Of a stretch of DNA of 48,581 bases, positions 1 through 9,512 are shown in pieces. The notes below the pieces were generated by a model. It did no database searches, was not told the origin of the DNA, and worked only from the letters and a program-made list of their open reading frames with translations. The translations under genes were made by a program, and so were the position numbers. The stretch's first letter is position 1, and every line of letters starts with the position of its first letter. The DNA comes from Deltaproteobacteria bacterium (lineage in GTDB: Bacteria; Myxococcota_A; UBA9160; SMWR01), in the NCBI GenBank assembly GCA_032128115.1, contig JAQBHB010000004.1, positions 1-48,581 of the forward strand, written 5' to 3'.

Positions 1-111
1 GTGTGGGGGATCCTGACCCTGCACTCGATTCCGGAGCCGGGACTCGCGATCCTGCTGGGCTCGGGCGTTGCGGGACTCGTTCTGCTCGGTCGCCAGCGGC
101 TGCGCAAGTAG
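1..111 (+). CDS. 3' end of a PEP-CTERM sorting-domain surface protein (partial, runs off window start)
   Basis: Frame 1 reads VWGILTLHS-IPEPG-LAILLGSGVAGLVLLG-RQRLRK-TAG: PEP motif, TM helix, basic tail. Confidence 0.85.
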   Translation: MWGILTLHSIPEPGLAILLGSGVAGLVLLGRQRLRK

Positions 112-135
112 CCGCGACGGTTTCGGTCTGATTTG

Positions 136-168
136 GGCGGCCCCCCCTTCGGGGGGCCGCCTTTTTTT
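136..168 (+). terminator. Rho-independent terminator
   Basis: GGCGGCCCCCC-CTTC-GGGGGGCCGCC perfect 11-bp stem followed by T7, 25 nt after the PEP-CTERM stop. Confidence 0.9.
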
Positions 169-220
169 GGATCCTTCGCCGAGCCGCCTGTTAGGATCCC
201 CAGTCCGGAGGTTTCCCCAA

Positions 221-1651
221 GTGTTTCGCCGCTGGCTCGACTCCCCGTGGCCCTACTTCGTCGGCGCGGGAATCCTCTTCCTTCTCGCAGTCGCGAGCCA
301 GTTCGAGTTCCGGCTGCCCTCGCGCCCCACGGGCAGCGTGGAAGACATCGTGGGCCTCGCCGAGCGCAAGGACGTCAACGTCCTGTTCCTGGTGGTCGAC
401 ACCCTGCGCTCGGATCGACTGGGCCTTCAGGGCTATGAGAGGCCCACCACACCAAACCTCGGCGCACTGGCCCGCCAGGGGATCGTCTTCAAGAACAACG
501 TGGCCCAGTCCACCTGGACCAAGACGTCCATGGTGTCGCTGTGGACGGGTACGCTGCCCGCCAACCACGGCGTCCTCCGTTACAACCACGTGATTCCCGA
601 AGAGGCGACGATGCCGGCCGAGATCCTGAAGGAGCAGGGCTTCCGCACGGCGGGTGTCTGGCGCAACGGCTGGGTCGCGCCCAACTTCGGGTTCCGGCAG
701 GGATTCGACGTCTACTACCGCCCCCAGGCGGGACGCGAACGCGCCCAGATCCAGCGAGCCAACCCGTCGTCGCATCCGCTGCAGGGAACCGACGAGGATC
801 TCCTGGTCTCCGCCAAGGAGTTCCTCTCGAACTTCGGGCAGGAACGCTTCTTCCTGTACCTGCATTTCATGGATGTGCACCAGTATCTGTACGACGAGTC
901 GTCGGCCCAGTTCGGCACGAGCTATTCGGATGCCTACGATCAGTCGATCCTGTGGACCGACCGCATCATCGGCCAGCTGATGAATACGCTCGAGGAGATG
1001 GACATCTCCAAGAATACCCTGGTGGTCCTGTCTTCGGACCACGGAGAGGCCTTTCGCGAGCACGGCTGGGAGGGGCACGCGAAGAACCTCTACGACGAGG
1101 TGGTGCACGTTCCATTCCTGATCATCCCGCCCTTCCGCCTGGATCCTGGCATCGTGGTGGAAGAAAGAGTCTCGAACGTAGACGTCTGGCCCACGATCCT
1201 GGACATGCTCGGGCTGCCGCCGCTGCCCGTTACCGACGGGGCGTCGACGCTCCCACTGATCCTGGAAGCGGGAGGGCTGGGGCCGCAGGAGACCGCCGAG
1301 GCCCTGCGCAATCGGGTGGTGGTCGGCCAGCTCGACCGCTACTGGGGCAATCCCCGTCGCAAGAGCTACCCGATCATCTCGATCACCGACGGTAGCATGC
1401 GCTTCTTCCTGCACGGAACCGAGCCGCCGCGCGAGGAACTCTACGACCGCACGGCGGATCCCGGCGAGACGAACAATCTGGTCGCCGACGGCGCGGACCC
1501 CAACGAGCGGGCGATCGCCATGCGCAAGCTCGCCGATGACTATTTCGCCAATGGCAAGAGCCCCTGGGGCGTGGCGCCCGTCGAGGTCGAGCTGGACGAG
1601 ATGCAACTGGATCAGCTGCGCGCCCTGGGCTACGTGATCGAGGGTCGCTGA
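221..1651 (+). CDS. Sulfatase-like hydrolase/transferase (alkaline phosphatase superfamily), N-terminal membrane anchor
   Basis: Motifs VVDTLRSD, WTKTSMVSLWTG, LHFMDVH, SSDHGE..GH; C-terminal LRALGY tail. GTG start at 221 with GGAGG at 207-211. Confidence 0.85.
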   Translation: MFRRWLDSPWPYFVGAGILFLLAVASQFEFRLPSRPTGSVEDIVGLAERKDVNVLFLVVDTLRSDRLGLQGYERPTTPNLGALARQGIVFKNNVAQSTWTKTSMVSLWTGTLPANHGVLRYNHVIPEEATMPAEILKEQGFRTAGVWRNGWVAPNFGFRQGFDVYYRPQAGRERAQIQRANPSSHPLQGTDEDLLVSAKEFLSNFGQERFFLYLHFMDVHQYLYDESSAQFGTSYSDAYDQSILWTDRIIGQLMNTLEEMDISKNTLVVLSSDHGEAFREHGWEGHAKNLYDEVVHVPFLIIPPFRLDPGIVVEERVSNVDVWPTILDMLGLPPLPVTDGASTLPLILEAGGLGPQETAEALRNRVVVGQLDRYWGNPRRKSYPIISITDGSMRFFLHGTEPPREELYDRTADPGETNNLVADGADPNERAIAMRKLADDYFANGKSPWGVAPVEVELDEMQLDQLRALGYVIEGR

Positions 1652-1655
1652 GAAG

Positions 1656-2744
1656 CTACGCGCCGTAGTGGGTCGTGAGCGCCAACCGCGCCTCGTGGCG
1701 CAAAAGGGCCAGCTGGATCAAGCGATCCAGTAGCTCCCCGTAGGGGATCCCCGTGGCCTCCCACAACAGCGGGAACATGGAGCCCTCTGTGAAGCCCGGC
1801 AGGCTGTTCACCTCGTTGACAAAGATCTCGCCCGTTCCGCGCTCGATGAAGAAGTCGACGCGCCCGAGTCCCGCGCCCTCCAGCACCCGGAAGGCTTCCC
1901 GGGCCATACGCCGCAGCTCGGCGGCCTGCTCCTCGGATACGGGCGCCGGGATCAACAGCTCGGTTCCGCGATCCTCGTATTTCGCGTTGTAGTCGTAGAA
2001 CTCGTGGGAGGTCCTTATCTCGCCAGGCACGGAGGTCTCGACCGGATCGCTGCCCAGGAGCGCCACCTCCACGTCGCGGGCGTCCACGGCCCGCTCCACC
2101 AGCACTTTTTCGTCGTAGAGGGCGGCCTCCCGCAGTGCCGGGAGCAGCTCCGCGCGCTCGGTCACCTTGCTGATCCCCACCGACGAGCCCAGGTTCGCGG
2201 GCTTGACGAAGACCGGGAGCGAAAGGGTGGAGAGCGCCCGCCTGCACTCGGCCTCCGGGTCCCGCAGGAGGTCTTGTTTTCGAACGACTTCCCAGGGCAC
2301 CACGGGCAGTCCGGCTGCGGCGAGCAGGCGCTTGCTCACCTCCTTGTCCATCTGCAGCGCCGAGCCCAGCACCCCTGAGCCCACATAGGCCACCTCGGCC
2401 AGCTCCAGAAGCCCCTGGAGGGTACCGTCCTCGCCGCCCTGCCCGTGCACGATGGGAAACACCACGTCCAGGCTCACCGAGCGTTCCACCTCGCTCGAGG
2501 CCGAAGAAACCAGGGTGTGCTCGCTGGGCACCGCCGGCAGGGTCACCTCTTCGCCCTTCACCGCGGCTTCGGGAGGCAGCGACGGGGCGCCCAGGTGCCA
2601 ATGGCCATCTTGATCGATGGCCACCAGGTCCACCTCGTAGCGCGAGCGATCCAGCGCAGCGAGGATCGACCGGGCTGAGGCGATCGAGACCGCGTGCTCG
2701 ACCGAGCGGCCGCCAAACAGGAGTCCGACGCGAAGCTTGGGCAC
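1656..2744 (-). CDS. ddl: D-alanine--D-alanine ligase
   Basis: FGGRSVEH, HGQGGEDGTLQG, VKPANLGSSVGI, FYDYNAKY, NEVNSLPGFT; GTG start after GGAGG. Confidence 0.95.
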   Translation of the reverse strand: MPKLRVGLLFGGRSVEHAVSIASARSILAALDRSRYEVDLVAIDQDGHWHLGAPSLPPEAAVKGEEVTLPAVPSEHTLVSSASSEVERSVSLDVVFPIVHGQGGEDGTLQGLLELAEVAYVGSGVLGSALQMDKEVSKRLLAAAGLPVVPWEVVRKQDLLRDPEAECRRALSTLSLPVFVKPANLGSSVGISKVTERAELLPALREAALYDEKVLVERAVDARDVEVALLGSDPVETSVPGEIRTSHEFYDYNAKYEDRGTELLIPAPVSEEQAAELRRMAREAFRVLEGAGLGRVDFFIERGTGEIFVNEVNSLPGFTEGSMFPLLWEATGIPYGELLDRLIQLALLRHEARLALTTHYGA

Positions 2745-2769
2745 CACCCCTCCCCCGCGCGAGTGTAGT

Positions 2770-2815
2770 GCGCCAGGGCGCCTCCCCCCACGGCGCCAGG
2801 GCGCCTCCCCCCACG
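2770..2815. repeat. 23-nt tandem duplication
   Basis: GCGCCAGGGCGCCTCCCCCCACG x2, exact, in the ddl/larE divergent intergenic region. Confidence 0.9.
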
Positions 2816-2852
2816 CCTTGACCCCGATCCAGCCTGTCCGTAGATTGGCCGG

Positions 2853-3695
2853 GTGCCTCCCATCTCCCCGGAACTCCAACGGAAAGAAGAGCGCTTGTCC
2901 GAGTCGCTGCGACGCTCGGGACGCCTGATGGTGGCGTTCTCCGGGGGCGTCGATTCGAGCTACCTGGCCTACCAGGCGCACCGGGTGCTTGGCGACGACG
3001 CCCTGGCAGTCACCGCCGCTTCCGCTTCGTACCCGGAAAGTCATCGGGCCATGGCGGAACGCATCGTGGCCGAGTTCCGGATTCCGCACCGCTTCGTCTC
3101 GACCCACGAGATGGACAGCGACGACTATCGGGCCAATCGCCCGGACCGTTGTTATCACTGCAAGTCCGAACTGTTCCAGGTGATGGGCGAGCTGCGCGAC
3201 GAACTGGGCTTCTTGGCCGTTGCGTATGGCGTGAATACCAACGACACCGGCGACTTCCGGCCGGGGCACCGGGCGGCGGCCGAGCACAAGGTGCTGTCGC
3301 CGTTCCTCGACGCCGAGCTCGCGAAGTCCGAGATCCGGGCCCTGTCGCGGGCCGCGGGTCTTCCCACGGCAGATCTGCCCTCCTCGGCGTGCCTCTCCTC
3401 GCGGCTCCCCTACGGAACCGAGGTGACACCCGAACGCCTGCGTCAGGTGGAGGAGGGCGAGGAGCGACTGCGCGCCCTCGGGTTCGTCCAGGTTCGCCTG
3501 CGGCACCACGGTCCCATGGCTCGCGTGGAGGTCGATCCGGAAGAGCTTCCGCGTGCTCTCGACCCGGCCATGGCCCAGAAAATCGCCGACGCGCTCAAGC
3601 CCCTGGGCTTTCGTTGGGTGGCGCTCGATCTCGAGGGCTATCGCACCGGCTCCCTCAACGAGGTGCTCACCATCGCGAGCAGGCCCTCGCGTTGA
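2853..3695 (+). CDS. larE: ATP-dependent sulfur transferase LarE family (PP-loop)
   Basis: AFSGGVDSS PP-loop, RCYHCK, DFRPG, ACLSSR, QVRLRHHG, GYRTGSLN. Confidence 0.9.
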   Translation: MPPISPELQRKEERLSESLRRSGRLMVAFSGGVDSSYLAYQAHRVLGDDALAVTAASASYPESHRAMAERIVAEFRIPHRFVSTHEMDSDDYRANRPDRCYHCKSELFQVMGELRDELGFLAVAYGVNTNDTGDFRPGHRAAAEHKVLSPFLDAELAKSEIRALSRAAGLPTADLPSSACLSSRLPYGTEVTPERLRQVEEGEERLRALGFVQVRLRHHGPMARVEVDPEELPRALDPAMAQKIADALKPLGFRWVALDLEGYRTGSLNEVLTIASRPSR

Positions 3696-3699
3696 CGCA

Positions 3700-4650
3700 G
3701 TGAGCGACCCTATCGAGTGTCGTGGTGACCCCCGCGACATCGGGTTCGATCAGGGCATGGCGTGCCGTGCCGACCTGCAGGCCCGTTTCGCGCGAAGCGC
3801 CGGCGTCGTGGGAAGACTGGGGCACCGGCTCGGCCGCCGCGACGCCCACACGGCGCGGGTGATGCGCGATGTGGGGCGCCATTTCCCCCACCAGGCCGAG
3901 TCGCTGGAGGGATTGAGCCGGGGCGCGCGGGTTCCCCGCGCCTGGATCGACCGGGAAGTTGCGCGAACCCTGGCAACCGCGTCGCCGGCGGGCTCAGCCA
4001 CCGCGCTCGTCGCATGCGATTCGCTCTGCGAGGCGCCGGCACTGGTGGTGCGCAGTGCGCCTCGTGACGCGCTGTTCCGCCGCGTGGCTGCTGCGGGCGG
4101 TTTCGAGTCGCTGGAGCTGACGGTTCCCTGGTTTCCCGGTGCTCTGGCCGGGGTGAACGAGAAGGGGTTGGCGGTGGTGTGTGCGCCCAGGGGCTTTGAA
4201 GCCGGCGAGTGCGCGGCCCCGGCAACTTTCCTGGTTCGCGATTGCCTGCGGCAGTTCGGGTCGCTGGACGCGGCCGTGGAGTGGTGCACGGGGCGTCCCG
4301 CCGCGGGCCGCGCCGCGGTGCTGCTTGCCGACGCCAGGGGCGACGCAGCCTGCGTGGACGTGGCCGGCGACCAGCGCCGTGTGCGACGTCCCACCGAGGG
4401 GCTGCTGTGGTCGGCGGTTCCGCGCGGCAACGACGTCGCCAAGTTGCTGCGTGAGGAGGCGCCGGTCATCCCCGGGCGCCTGGCGCACGCCCTGGCCAGC
4501 GCCGAGTGGCGCACCCGCGGGGCCGACGTGGTGCTCCTGGACCCGGCCCGCACCCGCTTCGGCTGGGTCAACGCGTCGACCGAGGGCGACGCGGCGGATG
4601 TTCGCTGGACGGAGCTCGCTACTTCCCGGGAGGCCGACCCAGGGCCGTAA
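3700..4650 (+). CDS. Divergent C45/Ntn-hydrolase (isopenicillin N acyltransferase-like) family protein
   Basis: N-terminal GDPRDIGFDQG and PGALAGVNEKGLAV resemble the C45 family; the catalytic Cys-Thr site is not evident. GTG start 4 nt after the larE stop. Confidence 0.55.
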   Translation: MSDPIECRGDPRDIGFDQGMACRADLQARFARSAGVVGRLGHRLGRRDAHTARVMRDVGRHFPHQAESLEGLSRGARVPRAWIDREVARTLATASPAGSATALVACDSLCEAPALVVRSAPRDALFRRVAAAGGFESLELTVPWFPGALAGVNEKGLAVVCAPRGFEAGECAAPATFLVRDCLRQFGSLDAAVEWCTGRPAAGRAAVLLADARGDAACVDVAGDQRRVRRPTEGLLWSAVPRGNDVAKLLREEAPVIPGRLAHALASAEWRTRGADVVLLDPARTRFGWVNASTEGDAADVRWTELATSREADPGP

Positions 4651-5857
4651 GCGCCAGGGCGCGAACCTGCGGATCCGGGTGGTTGCGGGCCTCGTTTTGC
4701 AAGACGGCCACGCCGTCGGTGCCCGCCATGCGCAGGGCCACGAACACGGCCGTCAGATCTTCGGCGCTGCGTCCCGTCACCAGCGATTGGAGCACCGGCA
4801 CCACCGAGGGGCCCAGTGCCGCGATGCGCAGCGCGGATTCGCCACGCACGCTGCCGTCGGGATCGAAGAGCGCGGGTGTCGCGTCGCCGAGCGCGTCGAG
4901 TCCGCGCCGTTCCAGCAGCTCGCTCAGGGCTGCCCGCCGCACCTCTGGCGCCGGATCGTTGCGCAGCAGCCACTCGAGCTGCCCATCGGAGACCGATTCC
5001 CCGCCGTAGACGACGGCCACGCGCCGAACCGGTGCCTCTTCTCGCACCACCAGCGCTGCCACCCGCTCGGGAGCCAGCCCGCCGTCGAGGATCGCCAGGG
5101 TCTCCAGGGCCGGCGCCTCCAGCGGATTGCCCGCGACGGCCAGGGCCGCCACGCTGGGGCGCAGGGGCGACAGGCGCCGCTCGGCGGCCAGCTCCAGCAC
5201 GGCCCGGCGCACCTCCAGTGGTCGCCCGTCATCGGCCAGGGCCCCGGCCAGGGCCGCATCCCCAGCTGCCAACAGGCGACCGGACAGGCCGGGCACCAAC
5301 CCCAATCGTTCGACGCTCCCGAGTGCAACCGCCGGCTCGGCGCTCGCCACCATCTGCGAGAGCGCGGCCACGCCGCCGGTGCCCTTGCGGGTGTCCGGAT
5401 CCAGGGTCAGGTAGTCGTGCAGGAGGGCCACGGTCCCCGGGTCCGGGTCGCGCAGGAAGGCGCCGAAGCGGGCGCCGATCACGTAGCCCGATCGGCCCGG
5501 AAAGCGCTTCACCCACAGCGTCTGGCCCGGCACGCGATCGAGAGCCAGCAGCAGCCGCTCGCCCTCGCGAAAGCGCGCAGGTCGGTCGCCGAACTGCTCC
5601 CAGCCCACGGCGACGATTTCGGCGCCACCCAGGCTGCCGGCGACGAGTCGCTCGATCTGAAACGTCGCTCGGTAGCCCGAGTCGTCCAGGCGAGTGGGCG
5701 CCGCAAGCACTCCTACTGCGGTAGCCACCGCCGACTCGGCAGCCTCGAGCACCTCGGGGCGCCCGTCGTGGTAGTCGAGCGTCGCGGCCGCCGCCGCCCC
5801 CTGGGCGAGGGTCGCAACGAGTGCCGACGCGAGCGTGAGGAGCCTGGCGCCGATCAG
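4619..5857 (-). CDS. Exported HEAT-repeat protein
   Basis: Repeats such as DPAPEVRRAAL, DPDGSVRGESA, HPDPQVRALAL. The in-frame signal peptide extends to a CTG at 5857 overlapping the upstream TGA; first GTG is at 5752. Confidence 0.7.
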   Translation of the reverse strand: MIGARLLTLASALVATLAQGAAAAATLDYHDGRPEVLEAAESAVATAVGVLAAPTRLDDSGYRATFQIERLVAGSLGGAEIVAVGWEQFGDRPARFREGERLLLALDRVPGQTLWVKRFPGRSGYVIGARFGAFLRDPDPGTVALLHDYLTLDPDTRKGTGGVAALSQMVASAEPAVALGSVERLGLVPGLSGRLLAAGDAALAGALADDGRPLEVRRAVLELAAERRLSPLRPSVAALAVAGNPLEAPALETLAILDGGLAPERVAALVVREEAPVRRVAVVYGGESVSDGQLEWLLRNDPAPEVRRAALSELLERRGLDALGDATPALFDPDGSVRGESALRIAALGPSVVPVLQSLVTGRSAEDLTAVFVALRMAGTDGVAVLQNEARNHPDPQVRALALTALGRPPGK

Positions 5858-8800
5858 GGACAGCTTCCGACCACGCTTACGCCCGGCGGGTCGAAGTCGC
5901 TGTCGTCGTTCACGCTGGCGTAGAGGGCGTTGGTAAAGCCGGTCGCCAGCACTCCGTCCTCACCCAGGTTGCCGTCCATCAGATTGGCGAGCGTGGTGTT
6001 GCCGGTCTTTACCAGACTCGCCGGCATCTCGGGGAACATGGGCTCGGAATCCCAGGCGTTGCCGTCGTCGGTGCCTCGCACCACCACCACGAACCAGGTG
6101 TCCTCGTCGAGGGTGGTGATGGCCGGAATGTCGTCGGGCACCCGAACCGTGAGCGTGGTCTCGAAGCGAGACTTCCCGAAGACCGCGGTGGTGGTCCGCG
6201 TGAAGTTCGGCGCGGGTCCCCCGGTGATGGTGTAGGTGATGGTGGGGCACCCGGTGTAGCGCGTGGGCGTGCCGCCGCTGCTGCCGGTGCTATCCGTGTC
6301 CGAGTTGGCGTAGATCTCGATGGTGTCGTACTCGGCCCAGTCCGGTGCCTGCACCTTGATCTCGAGATCCAACTCGCGCCCGTTGCCGCCGCCCATCAGG
6401 TCGTTGTTCACGTCCAGGCGTGTCGAGCCCGTCCAGGTGAGGTCCGCCACTTCGGAGCCCTCGGTCTGCAGCAGGCGCGTCTGCACGTAGATCCCCTGGC
6501 CGCCCACCACGCGCCCTGCCATCACCGACTCGGCCACGTCCTCGCCGTCGATCCCCGCGATGCTGTCCGAGGGCGAGCCGGTCCAGGCGCGCGCTCCCCC
6601 GGAGCGCAGGCTGCGGAATTCGTGGGAGTCGGTGTCGGCGATGGCCGTGGGTCCGTAGCCCGAGGCCTGGCTCGAGTGGCCGCGGCCCTGGTTCAGCAGG
6701 TTCATCCAGATCCCCAGGCGATCGTTCAGGAACTCGGTGATCGCGTGGCTGCGCGAATAGCCGTTCCAGAGCTCGAGCGCCGGGAACTGGAAGAAGAAGT
6801 TGGTGTTGGGCTGCATGCGGAAGTCCGCCGCCTCGGCGTTGGTGATGCCAGACACGGGCGGATTCACGCCGGTGTTTATCTCCAGCGGATCGAAGTGGCT
6901 CGAGATGTGGTTGATCTGCACTGCCACCGTGGCTGCCGTGTTGTTCGGATCGGTGACGGCCTCGGTGTAGATCTCCGACGGCGTCAGCACGTAGTTCCCG
7001 AAGGACGGGAAGTCCTCGCCCGCCGTCTCGGCGCCGCCCCAGTCGGTGGAGCCGCCCGAGGGCCGCGTAGCGTCCACGTCGCGTGGATACGAGTTGTAGT
7101 GGCCCGTGTCGAAGCTCGTGATCTCCTCGCCGGTCGTCGACGCCAGGAAGCCGGTGAGGCCCAGGCTCACGATCTCGGGCGTGATGTCTGCGTGCGCATC
7201 GTGGTCAGTGAGCACCAGGTTCTCGACGCCCTCGCCGGCGTACTGGGCGGCGCGCTTCTCGTGGCTGATGCGTGAGTCGGGGCTATTGATCTGGTGTACG
7301 TGGAAGTCCGACGAGACGAAGCCTGTGGTGTCGAGCACGCGTACCAGGGTGGCGTCCACCGTGTCGGTGCCGCCGGCCGCGAGCATCACCTCCTCGTCGT
7401 GGGACGAGTATTCGGTGCCGCGGCTCACGAAGATCTGATAGGTGCCCGGCTCCAGGTCGAAGGTGACCGTCCCGGTGGAATCGGTGTAGGTGGAGTACAC
7501 CACGCCGAAGGGGATGGTGTCCTTGAAGGGGTCGCTGAACAGGCCGCTCTTCACGGCGAAACCGCCGATGTTGCCCGTGAGTTCCACCTCGGGGCTCGGG
7601 TCGAAGCCCACCACCGTGACCCGTGCCGGAATGTCCACGAAGGTGGCGGCGCCTGTCTGCTCCTCGGAGTTCACGGTGAGGGTGGCGGTGTTGGGGAGCT
7701 CCATGTCCACCACGTCGGGCACGCCCGAGGCGATGGTGGCCGAGTTCACCGTCGGGGTGCTGCCGCCGCCCTGGTAGGGCCAACCGCGCTTGGCAGCCGC
7801 TACCGAGTAGCTGCCCTCGGCGAGCGTCCCGGTGTAGCAGCCGCTGGCGTCGGCGGTGTAGATCGCTTGTACGGTTTTGATGGGGCCCGGATCGGGAGTG
7901 CCCACCACCACCGTGGCGCCGGGAACGGGCGTTGCGCCGCCGCTGCCTGCCACTGTGACGCAGCCGGAGAGCTCGCCGGTGGTGGTGCCCTCGATTTTGT
8001 CGAAGAGTTCGGTTCCGCTGGCACCGTCGTCACCCACGCCGAAGGTGCGGAAGAAGCTCTTCTTGCCATCGGGCCCGGCCGGCACCGCGAAGGCCCGAGG
8101 CGGGATGACGAAATTGAACAGCACCAACGGGATGCTGTCTCCGTGGAGCACGAACGAGACGCCCACGGTCGTGAACGAACTCGAGTCCTTGCCCGAGCTC
8201 AGTGGGTCCGAGTTCTGGGTGAGTGTGTACGAGACCCCTTCGGCGCCGTCGAAGCCGTGGTACGTCATGTGGTCCAGGCCGCCGTTCACCAGCAGCTCGC
8301 CGATCCCGGTGCTACCGGTGGTGAGGAGCGCATTGCCGCTGAACTGCTCGAATTCGCCCATTCCGTTGATGTAGTCGCCCACGAAGAGCGGAAGAACACC
8401 GGGACTCTCCTGGTTGGTGACCTCGGTCTCGATCCCCACGTAGTTGGGAGCGCTGCTCGGGTCCATCTCGTCCGGTGCCGGGTCGAGCGTGTAGATGTTG
8501 CAGGCGGTGATGTCGTGGTCGGTGTCGTCGGCGGCTGGCGGGAATGATCCACCCACCGAGGCGGCCTGGGACGACGCGTTGACGTAGTCCAACAGGTCGT
8601 CGCGGCCGCAGGTGCGCACGATGGCCGCAGTGCCATCCTGCCCGTCGTTCACGATGGTGATGGAGGTGGCGTTGATCACGGTCTCGATGTCGAGGCTCGG
8701 AGCCAGCTCGAAGAAGCTGTCGAGGCCCGGTTTTCCCACCAGGGCCGCGTCGATGATGTTGCCGCCGAACTGACCCACGCTGTGCAGATCGCGCAGGTTG

Positions 8801-9312
8801 GCGCGCTGGATCGCGAAGCGTGCCACCGGATTGTCCATCATCACGTCGCCGGCCTGGTTGTGGGCCAGGGGGCCCGTGATGAAGTTCGACTCGTCGAACT
8901 CGGTGGTCGTGGGGTCGTCACTGCTGGCGAGTACGTAGGCGCGGGCCTTCGGCGGCCCATAAACGAACTTGTGGTTTTTCACGGCGCCGCCGGTTCCGTT
9001 GAGCTTCTGGGCGCGGATCTGCAGCGAGTTGTTGTCGCGCAGTGGGAATCCGGCGTCGATCGTGCCGCCGCCGTCGATGCTGGCGGTGTAGACCGGCCCC
9101 CCGCTCAGGATCATGGGTTCGCCATTCAGGGTGGCCTCCACGCTGGAGGCGTCCAGCTGGCTGCCGGTGACTTCGAACTGCACCGTGAAGCTGTAGGTGG
9201 TGACGTCGCCAGCAGGCGACAGGACCACGATCTCCGAGGCCGGATTGCAGCTCGCGGCGAGCTGGAAACCGACGACCACGGCGAGTGCCAGGAGAGCGGG
9301 ACGACGACCCAT
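5854..9312 (-). CDS. CehA/McbA-family (PHP-like) metallohydrolase, large lipoprotein with Ig/carboxypeptidase-regulatory-like domains
   Basis: DFHVH..SPDS, TDHD, GEEIT, GHYN, INH, DTDSH metal motifs; signal peptide ending LAASC; GGAGG 8 nt before ATG 9312. Confidence 0.8.
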   Translation of the reverse strand: MGRRPALLALAVVVGFQLAASCNPASEIVVLSPAGDVTTYSFTVQFEVTGSQLDASSVEATLNGEPMILSGGPVYTASIDGGGTIDAGFPLRDNNSLQIRAQKLNGTGGAVKNHKFVYGPPKARAYVLASSDDPTTTEFDESNFITGPLAHNQAGDVMMDNPVARFAIQRANLRDLHSVGQFGGNIIDAALVGKPGLDSFFELAPSLDIETVINATSITIVNDGQDGTAAIVRTCGRDDLLDYVNASSQAASVGGSFPPAADDTDHDITACNIYTLDPAPDEMDPSSAPNYVGIETEVTNQESPGVLPLFVGDYINGMGEFEQFSGNALLTTGSTGIGELLVNGGLDHMTYHGFDGAEGVSYTLTQNSDPLSSGKDSSSFTTVGVSFVLHGDSIPLVLFNFVIPPRAFAVPAGPDGKKSFFRTFGVGDDGASGTELFDKIEGTTTGELSGCVTVAGSGGATPVPGATVVVGTPDPGPIKTVQAIYTADASGCYTGTLAEGSYSVAAAKRGWPYQGGGSTPTVNSATIASGVPDVVDMELPNTATLTVNSEEQTGAATFVDIPARVTVVGFDPSPEVELTGNIGGFAVKSGLFSDPFKDTIPFGVVYSTYTDSTGTVTFDLEPGTYQIFVSRGTEYSSHDEEVMLAAGGTDTVDATLVRVLDTTGFVSSDFHVHQINSPDSRISHEKRAAQYAGEGVENLVLTDHDAHADITPEIVSLGLTGFLASTTGEEITSFDTGHYNSYPRDVDATRPSGGSTDWGGAETAGEDFPSFGNYVLTPSEIYTEAVTDPNNTAATVAVQINHISSHFDPLEINTGVNPPVSGITNAEAADFRMQPNTNFFFQFPALELWNGYSRSHAITEFLNDRLGIWMNLLNQGRGHSSQASGYGPTAIADTDSHEFRSLRSGGARAWTGSPSDSIAGIDGEDVAESVMAGRVVGGQGIYVQTRLLQTEGSEVADLTWTGSTRLDVNNDLMGGGNGRELDLEIKVQAPDWAEYDTIEIYANSDTDSTGSSGGTPTRYTGCPTITYTITGGPAPNFTRTTTAVFGKSRFETTLTVRVPDDIPAITTLDEDTWFVVVVRGTDDGNAWDSEPMFPEMPASLVKTGNTTLANLMDGNLGEDGVLATGFTNALYASVNDDSDFDPPGVSVVGSCP

Positions 9313-9512
9313 GGGCAATTCCTCCGACGGCGCGGACTCGAGAAGGAGTCGCCCCGAGTTTGGAGCTGCGCCAACGGAAAATCAATGAATTCAGGCTGTT
9401 TCGTGGCTGGCGTCACCCCGGGGAGGTGTCTCCAGTGGGCCGAGAGCCCGGGCGGATCCGTCGCCAGGCCGAAAAGCGCCCGAACTCCGGGGCCGTCCAG
9501 CCCCGCCTGGGG

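Noticed and set aside
9313..9512. Riboswitch or ncRNA upstream of the CehA/McbA gene
   Set aside because: GC-rich with possible stems, but no conserved motif I can recognise.
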